Assembly: GCA_013239625.1 (NCBI GenBank)
Contig: MU055600.1
Span: forward strand, 12,749,010-12,813,009
Source: Lama guanicoe
Taxonomy: Eukaryota
Length of the DNA stretch: 64,000 bases
Reading direction: 5' to 3'
Positions 53,283 to 64,000 of this stretch are shown here, in pieces; position 1 is the stretch's first letter, and every line of letters begins with the position of its first letter. The notes beneath the pieces were generated by a model that saw only the letters and a program-made list of their open reading frames with translations, was not told where the DNA came from and searched no databases. A program made the translations under genes and the position numbers.

Positions 53283-56200
53283 GCAGACATTACATAAAAA
53301 TAAAAAGGTCAATTTACTAGAAAGGAATCAAATGCTTAGCTTGTATACACTAATAACATTACCCCCAATTATATAAGGCAAAAAGTTGATAAGGAGAAGA
53401 GACAACTCCACAATTATGGTGGGAGATTCCAACTCATTTCTCTTAGGAACTGATAGACTAAGTGGGCAAAAAATAAATAAGAATATAGGTGATTTAAATA
53501 ACATAAGTAATAAGCACAATTTTATTGATATATTTAGAACACAGTATCAAATATCTATAGAATATACATTATTTCCAAATATACATGGAACGTTTACCAA
53601 AATTGACCATATGCTGGCTCCAAGAGTTAATTCTGACAGCTTCCAAAGGATTAAAATTAGGCATGGTCTATTCTCTGATGACAGTGGAATTAAGCTGTGA
53701 AGTCAATAACAAAAAGAAAAACGAGGAAATTCCCAAATATTTGGAAATTAAACAATATTTTTATTGTCTAATTTTAAATAACCCAAGAGTCAAGAAATTA
53801 CAATGGAAATCAAAATATATTTTGAACTGAATAATACCGGAAACACACTGCATCTAAAAGTGTGAGATGAAGCTAAAGCTGTTTAGAGAGTCTTAAATTC
53901 ATATATTAGGGGGAAAGGGATGAAAAGCAATTATCTCAAGCATTTATCCTCAGAACTTAGAGAAACAACATAAAGGTACACCCAAAAAAGGAGAAGGAAG
54001 GAATGAACAAAAAGCAGAAATTAATAAACCATAAAAAAAATCACAGAGAGGATAAATAAAGTTGGTTTTTAAAGGACTAATAAAATGGATAAGCTTTTAT
54101 CAAGACTGATCAAAAGAAACAGAAAAAGAACAAATAACAAATAAGAAGTGGAAAGTGGGACATCATTTCTACTTCTACAGATATTTAAAATAATTTTAAA
54201 AAGGCATTGTGGACAACTTTGTGCATTTGCAAATTTAGATCAAACTGATGACATACTAGGAAAACACATCTTACCAAAATTCACACAAGAAGACAGAGAA
54301 ATGTGAATAGTCCTAATTCTATTACAGGAAGAAATTTCATCTATGAGTGAAATCTTCCCCCAAAGAAAATCCAGGCCCAGATGGCTTCACTGGTGTATCA
54401 TACCAAACATTTTGGGAGAAATAGTGCCAATTCACACAAACTCCTTCAGGGACTAGAAGAAGAGAGAAGACTTTCCAACTTGTTTTATGAGGTCAGCACA
54501 ATCTCAGTATCAAAACCTGACAAATGTAGCACAAGAAAGGAAAACTATATACCAATCTCTCTCACAATACAGACAAAAAAATCTCAGCCAAAATATCAGC
54601 CAACCAAATCCTGTATACATAAAAAGAATAATATATCATGACAAATTTGAATCTAATACAGAATGTAGGTTGATTAATATTTGAAAATTAATGTCATTCA
54701 AAACATTAATATATTAAAGGAGAAAAATCACATAATCCTTTTTCATAGATACAGGAAAAGTGATAAAATTCAGCATATAGTTTAAAAAATCAGCAAACTA
54801 GGAATAGATAGGAATTTTCATAATAGAATAAAAGATATATACGAAAATCTGTAACAAATATCATAGTTAATGGTAAAATATTGAAGAATTTCCCTAGGAC
54901 TGTGAACAAGGCAAAGATATCTCCTACAACTTCTTCCATTCAAGACTGTACTAGATTCTTAGCCTGTCAATTAAGGTAAAGAAAAAAACCCAAAGTATGA
55001 GGACTGGAAAATAATAAACAGACTGTTATTTGCAGATGACATAATTATGTGTGTATTAAGTCTAAAAGAATCGATAGGTAAACTATTAGAATTAATAAGT
55101 GAATTCAGCAGTGTCACCAAACAAAAAGTCAATATTGAAAAACAGTCAATTGTATTTCTATACACCAGCAATAAACAATTAGAAAATGAAATTTTAGAAA
55201 GGTTATCATTTGCAAAAGCATCAAAAAACATTAGCTACCTAGGAATAAATCTAGGAAAGATTTATTAGCACTTTCCATAGAAACTATAAAATATTATTTA
55301 GAGAATTTAAAGAACTAAATAAATGGAGAGATATACCATTTTCATAGATTGGAAGACTCAATATCATAAATGTGTTATTCCTTCCCAAACTGATGTATGG
55401 ATTCTAATTAAACCAAATTGAAATCCCAACAACTTCTTTTTTTTGGTGTGGAAATTGATGAACTAATTCTAAAACTTACATGAAATGCAAGGAGGCAACA
55501 ATAGCCAAGACAATACTAGGGAAGTGAGTAAAAACACAAACAACAGAGTGTGAGAAAATATTTGCCAGACATGTAATCAACAAGGGGCTTATATTCAGAA
55601 AATACAAAGAACCCCTACAAATCAGTAAGAAAAAGCAACAATCCAAAAAAAGATGATTAAGAAACTTGAACAGATACTTCACAAAAGATGTTAGACATAT
55701 GGAAAAAAATGAATGAAAAGGTTCTCAAATCATTAGCTATCAGGGCAATGCAAATTAGAATAGTGATAAAATAACACTACCCTCTTACCAGGATGGCTAA
55801 ATTTTAAAGTACTAATGATACCATGTGTTGGCAAGAATGTGCAGTAACTGACACTCTGAAACACTGGTGGCAGAAGTATAAATTGGTATAACCAATATGG
55901 AAAATAATTTATCATTATTTTACTAAAAGCTGAAGATATTTACTAAAGTTTAAGATAAAGCGGTTCAGTACTTAGGTATATAAATGTGAATATAGATACA
56001 ACAAAAGTCATGTACAAGGGTTTACTTCGAAGTATTATTCATAACAGTTAAAACCTGGAATCAATCCAGATGGCCATCAACACTAGAATGGATAAATAGT
56101 GGAATAGTCATATAATAGAAAAATTTGTGGGCTGCAATACCCATAAATACCATAACTGCTATCATATATAATAATGTAATTAATCTTATAATGTTGAGCA

Positions 56201-56773
56201 GAAGTAGTGAGGTATATGGAAGAATAAATACTACGAGATTCCATTTACAAAAATTCAAAAGTTACCTATAGTATTAGAAGTCAGGATAGCAGTTATCTTT
56301 AGGAAGGAAGATGGAGATAATAGTTGGGAATGGGTACAGGAGAATTTTGGATGCTGGTAATGGTCTGTTTTTCCATCTGGAGGTGTTTACACAGGTTTGT
56401 TCACTTTACGATAATTACTCTGTACCTGTTTTTTCACATCTTTATAATTGTTATACTTGAATAATGTTTATTTCAAAATAAAAATGAATGTTAGGTTTTT
56501 GGACCATGGCTTAAAAATTCTGAAAGCAACTCCACTTATGAGCTTTTATGTCTAATGTTTGCTTTCTTTGAACAAATCTCTAAAGGATGAAGGGGATTTC
56601 TGGCTTTCAAAGTGACTTCAGGAATGGGAGATAATTCTTAGAAGGTATACAGAATCTTTTCCAGATCATTAAAGACCTCTTACCAATAAAGTTTGAACTT
56701 CTCAAGGGGAGAGGCTATTTCGTTCACTTCTGTATGCCCAGCACCTATCACAAGATCTGACCCAGCTTTAGGC

Positions 56774-56921
56774 CAGGGATGCAAATAGATTTCACTAACT
56801 GTGCCAGCTCCAAACTATTAATAATGGCTGGCTGGAAACACGGTGTAGGAGAATGTATTTGAAACTGCATTCAGGATCAGTGGAAAAGATTCTACGATCA
56901 GCTAGCAGTGTCTGCCATGGG
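56774..56921 (+). mobile_element. Charlie4z-like hAT fragment
   Basis: CAGGGATGCAAATAGATTTCA...GTGCCAGCTCC...TGTCTGCCATGGG. Confidence 0.55.
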
Positions 56922-58664
56922 TACCAATCACAAAATGGTGGTACATACTACATACACCAGACCATGGGATCTTGGCTGATGATGCAGAGCATTGACTTAA
57001 GAGCATTGTTTGCCCAGGAACTCACCATAGGACCAAAAGGCTTTTAAGCTAATAATGGATGATATGAGAGAAAAGTCAACAATCAATCTGTAAAACTAAT
57101 TACTGTGGAGGAAGTAAGATTTGACGGAAAGAAAAATAATAGTAAACGATGTTGGCAGTAAGTCAAAGTGAAGTAGAAAGGGAATCAGAAATAGTACTTA
57201 TGATCTCCAATGTCTACACATCAACTTTTCCCAAACAAATACTAGTTTTCACAGAATGCTGTTTTTCAGGATATTCACATTCAGGTTTCCTAATATTTGT
57301 GAGACCCATGTCAACAGTATAAATTGAAGAAGCCACATATATGAAAACACTTAAAAGTTATAAATCAAGCTATCATACCGTTAGATAAAATATGTTCTGC
57401 CCACTTACTTTGGCAAACGTATTTTCAAAATGATAAAATTGAAAAATGTGTAAGAAGCTATATAGTCTTTATGTGATTGAAAGATGGCAAAAATCAAAGA
57501 TGAATATAATTATTACTATGCATGTCTGGCTGTTCTGTTGATGGGCCAGTGATGTTTGTGTCAGTAATAAAATAAAGGCATACATAGTTAATCAATTATT
57601 TTTATATTTATTCCATAACATTTACTTCCTAGCCTTCATTTCAGCAAAATCAAGATTTACATAACATGCATTTTATTGATAATGTGTCAAATTAGACATT
57701 ACTAATATCTGTAATATACCAATAGTTTTTGGATGATTTAAAAAAAATTTTAAATTATTTCAATTTGGAGAAATGTTGCCTCTGCTGAGGCAATAACAAT
57801 TATAATTGCCTATATACTCAAAGTAATACCTAGATTTGGAAACAAACCAAGAAATTTACACATTTTATGTATAATGTACATTGTGATATGCAACAATAGG
57901 GTTGCCTATATAAAATGATGATTATTACAGAATATTCTATAAAATATTTTAATTACATCATATATTGTTAACATTTATCATGGTTTTTATCATCTCCTAA
58001 AGGAATATCTGGATATATACAGTATTTCTTCAGTTCTTTTAAAATGTGTTTCAATATTGAGATATTCTAGAGAAAACCAAAAATGCAGTCCGTATCTTGC
58101 TTGATTGGTGCAAATTTCTCTTCAAAAGAGACTACCTCTTGATAGAATTTGACCAGAAAGCGGTCTCCATAGAATCAGTATTAGATCATTTGTAAGTAAA
58201 TCTTCTTCAGAATCATGCAAATTCTTTTGTTTTCATGTTCTGATATCTTAATATTTTATTGGACAATCACCTTTGTTGCATATTTCATATGTAGTTTCTT
58301 TAGATTTAGAAAAAGATTTTCTCTAAAATTCAAAAATTAATTCCTTAAAAAGTGAAATAGTTTTAAAAAATAGACTTCTGCTAATATTTTTAGTAGCAAG
58401 CAACAGTTTATATCAAGTCACTGTGGATAAGGCAAATTCAAAATTATTTTAATTTTCTAACAAATACCATGATTCATTTTTCATAGGAGGATTTTCTGTG
58501 GTTTCACTGAACTCTTTTGGGATATTTCATATCTTGTCTAAATTAAATCTAACTGCCTTAACAACATTCAATTCTATTATAATTAGTGTCCTAGAATGAT
58601 TATAAGGTCAAATTTTATATATTTTCATCAATACTGTTCTATCTTTGGGAAGACCTAGAACAAT

Positions 58665-59217
58665 TGTAGGGGAGGGAAAAAAGCTATTCTATAAACTATA
58701 AATTCTATGACTGGAGCCTGAGAATTGAACTAAGACAGATTAACAGGAAGAAAGGCACACAAATTTTATGTGATGGAATATTTTAGTTTTTACATACATG
58801 GAGGCCTTCATAGAAAAGCAATTAGGACCTCAAACAAGCAGTTAGAACTAGGAACTTGTATACCATTTTAACAAAGGGGGATCAATATTGAGAAATGACG
58901 AGATAAAGGAAAAGGGGTTCGGGCTTCTAGGGGAGGTAGGGGGAAACTAATGGAAGATAATGGTTATTCTTGTAAGATGTGTTTGTGCGAAACTGTTGCG
59001 GTGCTGACTTTCTGTCTCCAGTAATAAGAATTGTTTTCCTCCTGGTATCGGACAGGGGAGAAGGAACATCTTCATAAAGGGAACTTTATGTTCTGCTTTT
59101 AGGGAAAGAACATTGTTTTCCTCATTTGCAGCTTCTTAATTGCCTTCAGCTCAAAATAATCCTTTGCCAAAGAGGCATATTATGAAGTGGCATATTCTAC
59201 TCTTCTGATCTCCTACA
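58665..59217 (-). mobile_element. ERV1 solo LTR (MER34/MER39-like)
   Basis: Inverted termini TGTAGG...CCTACA; CTCAAAATAATCCT..GCCAAAGAGGCATAT..GTGGCATATTCT motif. Confidence 0.75.
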
Positions 59218-59794
59218 ATTTCATGTATAACCTTTGAACTGTTTCCAAGAATGTCTCTTATCAGAACAGATGAAGCCATATCTTTTAATATCAAATTCAA
59301 ACAATACACCATCTATGGCACAAAGAACACTTCTAGATCTGGGGCCAAAATTCTGGCTTATACATCCTTTTCTTTTTAACTCAGTACCCTTGGCAATTTT
59401 TTCCAGCTTTACTGAGATATAACATTGCTTAAGTTTAGGTGCATAATGTGATTATTTGACATACATATATATAGTGAAAAGATTACCACAATAAGGTTAA
59501 TTAACACATTCATCACCTAACTGTAACCTAATGTAGTCACCATTTTTGTGTATGCAAGGTAAGAACTTTTAAGATTTACTCTCTTGGCAACTTTCAAGTA
59601 TATAATTCAGAAGTATTAACTATGGTCACCATGCTGTGCGTTAGATTCCTGGAATTTATCCATCTTATTATAACTGGAAGTTAGTACTCTTTGACCACCA
59701 TCATCCATTCCCCCCATGCCTGGAAACCACCAATCTACTCTCTGTTTCTATAAGTTCAGTTTGTTTTAGCTTCTGTATATGAGATCATACAGTA

Positions 59795-60028
59795 CAGCTG
59801 ACCCTTGAACAAAGCAGGAGTTAGGGGTGCTGACTCTCCCAAAGTTGAAAATCTGCATATAACTTATATTTGGCCTTCCACATATGCAGTTCCTCCTTAT
59901 CCACAGTTCCAAACCTGTGGATTAAACCAACCTCAAATTGTGTAGTACTATGATAGTTACTATTGGAAAAACTCTTGTGTATAAGTGGACCCATGCAGTT
60001 CAAACCCATATTGCTCAAGGGTCAACTG
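59795..60028 (-). mobile_element. MER8-like Tigger MITE
   Basis: TIRs CAGCTGACCCTTGA...TCAAGGGTCAACTG flanked by TA. Confidence 0.85.
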
Positions 60029-60139
60029 TATTTGTTTTTCTCTGACTTATTTCACTTAGCATAATACCCTCAAGTTTCATCCATATTGTTGCAAATGGCA
60101 CAATTTCCTTCTTTTTTAATGGCTGAATTATATTTATAT

Positions 60140-60614
60140 ATATAAAACAAAAGAAGAACAAAGAGTGTTTTGCCCACCATCCAATTTTACAAAGATTAAC
60201 CCACTGTAGTTGCTAACTGACAGTGCATTCTGTGCTTCAGACAGAAGAAATTAAGGTGACAACAGAATGAAGCACTCTGTGCTTCAGACAGAGGAAATTA
60301 AAGACGACAGCAGGCTGCTCAGTGCTTTGGACAAGCAGGACCCTTAGATAGTTAGATTATCTTAGGAAGAATTGTAACGAACCTAGCTTTTCACATCTTC
60401 CCATACATAGAAAAGAATTATCATCATTAATTTGGTCTTTCTGACTAGTGGCAATCTTTTAAAGATGCATACTTGACTCCATGTATTCCCCAGCACCCCT
60501 CGCCCCAAATCATATACAAACTAGCCTCCTCCCACTTTTTCAGATCTCCCAGGCTATAGTCCTCAGCAAACTTAACTCACAACTTACATTGCACATTTTT
60601 TTTTCAGTCGACCA
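60140..60614 (+). mobile_element. Probable lineage-specific ERV solo LTR inside L1
   Basis: Non-L1 insert ending TCCCAGGCTATAGTCCTCAG...TTTTTCAGTCGAC; contains a 47-bp-period duplication (60225 and 60272). Confidence 0.55.
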
Positions 60615-61313
60615 CACACCCACCCCCAGCCCCCGCCAACACCACATATTCTTTATTCATTCATCTGTTAATGGATAGAAACTTAGGTTGTTTCCATATC
60701 TTGGGTATTGTGAATAATGCTACAGTGAACACATGAGTGGCAATATCTCTTCAAGAGAGTGACTTTAAATCCTTTAGATATAATACCCAGAAATGGGATT
60801 GCTGGATCATATGGTAGTACTATTTTGAGGGTCCGTCATACTGTTTTCCCTAGTGGCTGCACCAATTTATATTCCCACCAACAGGGCACAGGGTTTCCTT
60901 TTCCCTACATTGTTACTAGTACTTGTTTCCTCTTGTCTTTTTAATAATAGCCATTGTAACAGGTGTGAGGTGATAGCTGATTGTGACTTGATATACATTT
61001 CCCTGATGATTAGTGATATTGATCACTTTTCATGTATCTGTTGGCCATTTGTATATCTTTGGAAAAATAGCTCTTGACAATTTTTGACATTATGTATATA
61101 ATTTATATAAAACCAAAATGTTTTAATTTTAACTTTAACTTTACAAGATTTTAACTTTAAACTTTACAAAATTTTTTCATGAAAATAAAAGCATTTGCTA
61201 TTCAAGTATAAAATGTTCACTTAACACCAAGGTAAAGAGTCAGTATTGTTTATCTCATTTATCTAGATATACCATATGCTACATAATACCACATAGTGCA
61301 TAAAAATATGTGT

Positions 61314-61336
61314 TATATATATATATATATATATAT
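61314..61336. repeat. (TA)n microsatellite
   Basis: Read directly from the sequence. Confidence 0.9.
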
Positions 61337-61979
61337 GTAGTTTTAATTTAGCATTAATTTTAGTTTAGTTTTAATTTAGTATTGCAACATATTCTTCAGC
61401 CACCCTATTCAACTGTTGGCCGAAACCTTTCTAATTCACACCAGAATGAAGAATTGGAATACAAAGAAAGGAAAAAAAGAAACTCAGTCCTATGGGGGAG
61501 AAGATATTTTGTTATGCAAAAATGTATTGTACTCAAGCTATCAGAGAAGGATTTGACATGTTAATTTTTCTTTTCTCTTACCTAAGCACTTCTCCCACTC
61601 AGAACTTCTCCAGACTCCCAGCTGGTGTTGATAATCCACACTGGCAGCAGAGCCACCCACAAACTTTCATTGTGTTTTAACACAGTCACCTTTGGTTTTG
61701 AGGATGCGGGGAAAGTGATGCAGAGAAGCTTTTCTGTGCACTGATAATGCTGCGTATGAAGGGGTGGTAAGGAATAGCTGTGGACACACATACTGCATGT
61801 AGCTTCCCTGCTCACGTGTGTACTCCATGGTTCCTACTGATTTCACTTACAAAAGTCCAAAAATAAAATTATTAAGAATATCAATATGGCAACATCAGAG
61901 CTTTGAACCAAGTGCATGGCTCCTCTGAATGTATGTGCTGTGTGACTGCACAGACTACATGCCCTTCAAGCTGACGCTG

Positions 61980-62425
61980 TGTGACCAACAGAGTATGGTG
62001 GAAGTGATATGTATGACTGCCAAGACCAGGTCCTAACAGTCACTGTAACTTCGGCTTTTCTCTCTTGGATTGCTTGCCTTGTGGAAGTCAGTCACCATGT
62101 TTTGAGGACACTCAAACAGCATTGTGGAAACGCCTATCTTGGGGGGACAGCCCCAGGGCAACCTTTGACCAAAAGTCAGCGCAAATTTTCCAGTCACGTG
62201 AATAAGCTGCCTTGGAAAAGGATCCTCCGGCAGCATCCACGCCTTCAGATGACTGCTGCCCTAGTGAACATCTTGACTGCAACCTCATGAAAGAACCCAA
62301 GCTAAAACTACCCAGCTTAGTCACTTCTGAATTCCCATCTACAAAAACTACAGAGATGATTCATCTTGATTGTTGTTTGAGTCATAAGCTTTAGGGTGAT
62401 TTGTTCTACAGCAATAGATAACTCA
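61980..62425 (+). mobile_element. MaLR LTR (MLT1-type)
   Basis: GCCTTCAGATGACTGCTGCCC..GACTGCAACCTCATGA and GTGATTTGTTCTACAGCAATAGATAAC end. Confidence 0.75.
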
Positions 62426-62439
62426 AGCAATGCTTTAAT

Positions 62440-64000
62440 TCACATTTGCTTTAATCGTAGTAAGATATGGCACCCTTTTACCTGCATAATGGCTGCTTAT
62501 TTTCTTTTTCCTTTGAATTGTTCATGTATTCATTTATTTTTATTGGGTTGTTTATCATTATCTTACTGATATATACATGGCTGACCAAGAAAATCAGCCT
62601 TTGTTGGTCATATGTACTGCATATGTTTTCCATAGTTTATAATTTACTCTTTCGATTTTTTTTATTACAGAAGTTTAAAATTTTTATTGTGGTTTTAATT
62701 GACTAGTCTTTCCCATTATGTCTTTTATATTTTGCTTCAAATACTAAAAGCTTTTCTCATTCCATAGTTATAAAAACATTTATCTATGTTTGTTTTAGTA
62801 TTTTGATGGTTTCATTTACATTAAGACTTTTGATTATTGTAGAATTTGGGGAGGGGAGGGCAGTGGAGATAGAGAAAGTGAGAGAAATACAACCCCACTT
62901 CACAATAGTGAGGTCATTATACACTTTCAGTTATTAAATCATCCTCTCCACTGATCTGAAATACCATCCTTATCATATCCCAGACGCCTGTCTATTTTGG
63001 GGTTTATTTCTGGACTCTCCATCCTCTTCCATTGATTTGTCTACTCCTGTGCCAGTGTTACTCTTCTATTTCTGGATATCCTGCATAGTTTCCTGTCTAT
63101 CACTTTTCTAGAATAATTTTTGGGATCATTTTTCAAATTCAAATAATTTAGTGAATCAATAACCCTTGGTATTTTTATTGCACCAAATTTATAAAACTGA
63201 GCTTCCCTATGGAAGAGTAAAGTCTGTCTTTCCACTGGCTCACATCTTTTTATGTTTTCTGGTAGACTTTGAAGATTTTCTTCATTAGGTTCTATATATT
63301 TCTTATTAAGTTTATTCCTAGTATTTAAAAAAAATTGAAGTATAATCGATACACAATAAACTGCACGTCTTTATAGTGTACAACTTGATAAGTGTTGACA
63401 AATGTACATAATCATGAAAGCATCAATGCAGTCAAGATGATGATTATATCCATAACCCCCCCAAAGTTACTTGGTGCCTCTTTGTAATCATCTCTGCCCC
63501 AAGCGACCACTCATCTGCTTCCTGTCACTATAGATTAGTTCGCTTTTCCTAGAATTTCATAAAAATGGAATCAAGCAACCTGTACTCTTTTTTTTTTCTT
63601 TTGGTCTGGCTTCTTTTACTCAGCATAATTATTTTGAGAGTTATCTATGTGGTTCCATGTACCCATAGTTCGTTTTTTTTTCATTGTTGGGCGCCACTAC
63701 ATTATATGAATAGACCACACCTTGTTTATCTATCTGTTCAGGGGCTGAAGGACTTTAGGGTGGTTTCCAGGACTTGGCTAGTACAAGTAAAGCTGCTATG
63801 AATATTTGTGCACAAGTCTTCATGTAGACATGTGCTTTCTTTTTCTTTTGTAGGTACCTAAGAGTCATATGTTTGGGCCATATGATAGATGTATCCTTAA
63901 CTTATTAAGAAACTGCCAAACTATACTGCAAAGGGACTGTACTACTTGACATTCCCACTGGCAATGCCCAAGAGTGTTTTGGATCCTATTTTGTTATTAG
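62440..64000 (-). mobile_element. Old L1M fragments
   Basis: Reverse L1 motifs (TTTATTTCTGGACTCTC, CTTTTACTCAGCATAAT, AGAAACTGCCAAACT). Confidence 0.7.

Larger units (their letters stand above)
52147..56485 (+). mobile_element. Old degenerate L1M (ORF1 remnant, ORF2 EN/RT remnants, 3'UTR)
   Basis: ORFs 53386..53700 (TIMVGDSN, HGTFTKIDHML = endonuclease), 54381..54641 and 55047..55268 (KLLELISEFS) are ORF2p fragments. Confidence 0.88.
59400..61070 (-). mobile_element. L1 3' fragment with nested MER8-like element and LTR
   Basis: Reverse L1 3'UTR/ORF2 motifs (TTATTTCACTTAGCATAATACCCTC, CCCAGAAATGGGATTGCTGGATCATATGG). Confidence 0.85.
57283..61979 (-). mobile_element. Fossil hAT (Tip100/MER45-like) DNA transposon with decayed transposase, split by later insertions
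   Basis: MER45-like terminus at 61860-61979. Minus-strand peptides in hAT transposase order: VFFVP*..CLNLILKDMAS, VKAVRFNLDKI, NFEFAL, IFGFL, LFPNLGITLSI..ASAE..FSKLK. Confidence 0.8.

Noticed and set aside
50958..55268. ORFs with endonuclease/RT-associated motifs as a novel retroelement system
   Set aside because: They are ordinary fragmented L1 ORF2 pieces and their antisense shadows.

Overview
Mammalian genomic DNA, probably camelid, judged from five tRNA-derived SINEs of the vic-1 type. The only protein-coding gene is HDGFL3 (HDGFRP3/HRP-3, HATH/PWWP domain) on the minus strand. Coding exons 1-5 lie at 46130-46047, 11184-11108, 6507-6369, 5147-4989 and 696-550, giving 202 codons with all GT-AG junctions in phase; the terminal exon is expected left of the window. 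Exon 1 sits in a CpG island (~45.6-46.9 kb) and intron 1 is ~34.9 kb. The rest is mostly interspersed repeats: L1, L2, MaLR/ERV LTRs, Tigger and hAT DNA transposons. I find no support for a new multi-gene system. Best leads: three upstream ATGs all in frame with the HDGFL3 start, a possible exon-5 read-through isoform with intronic polyadenylation, a long fossil hAT transposase with nested insertions, a 5'-half tRNA-Val retrocopy, a candidate poison exon, and one unassigned ~0.5 kb block in intron 2. Repeat family names are from memory of consensus sequences, not from a search, and most repeat boundaries are approximate.
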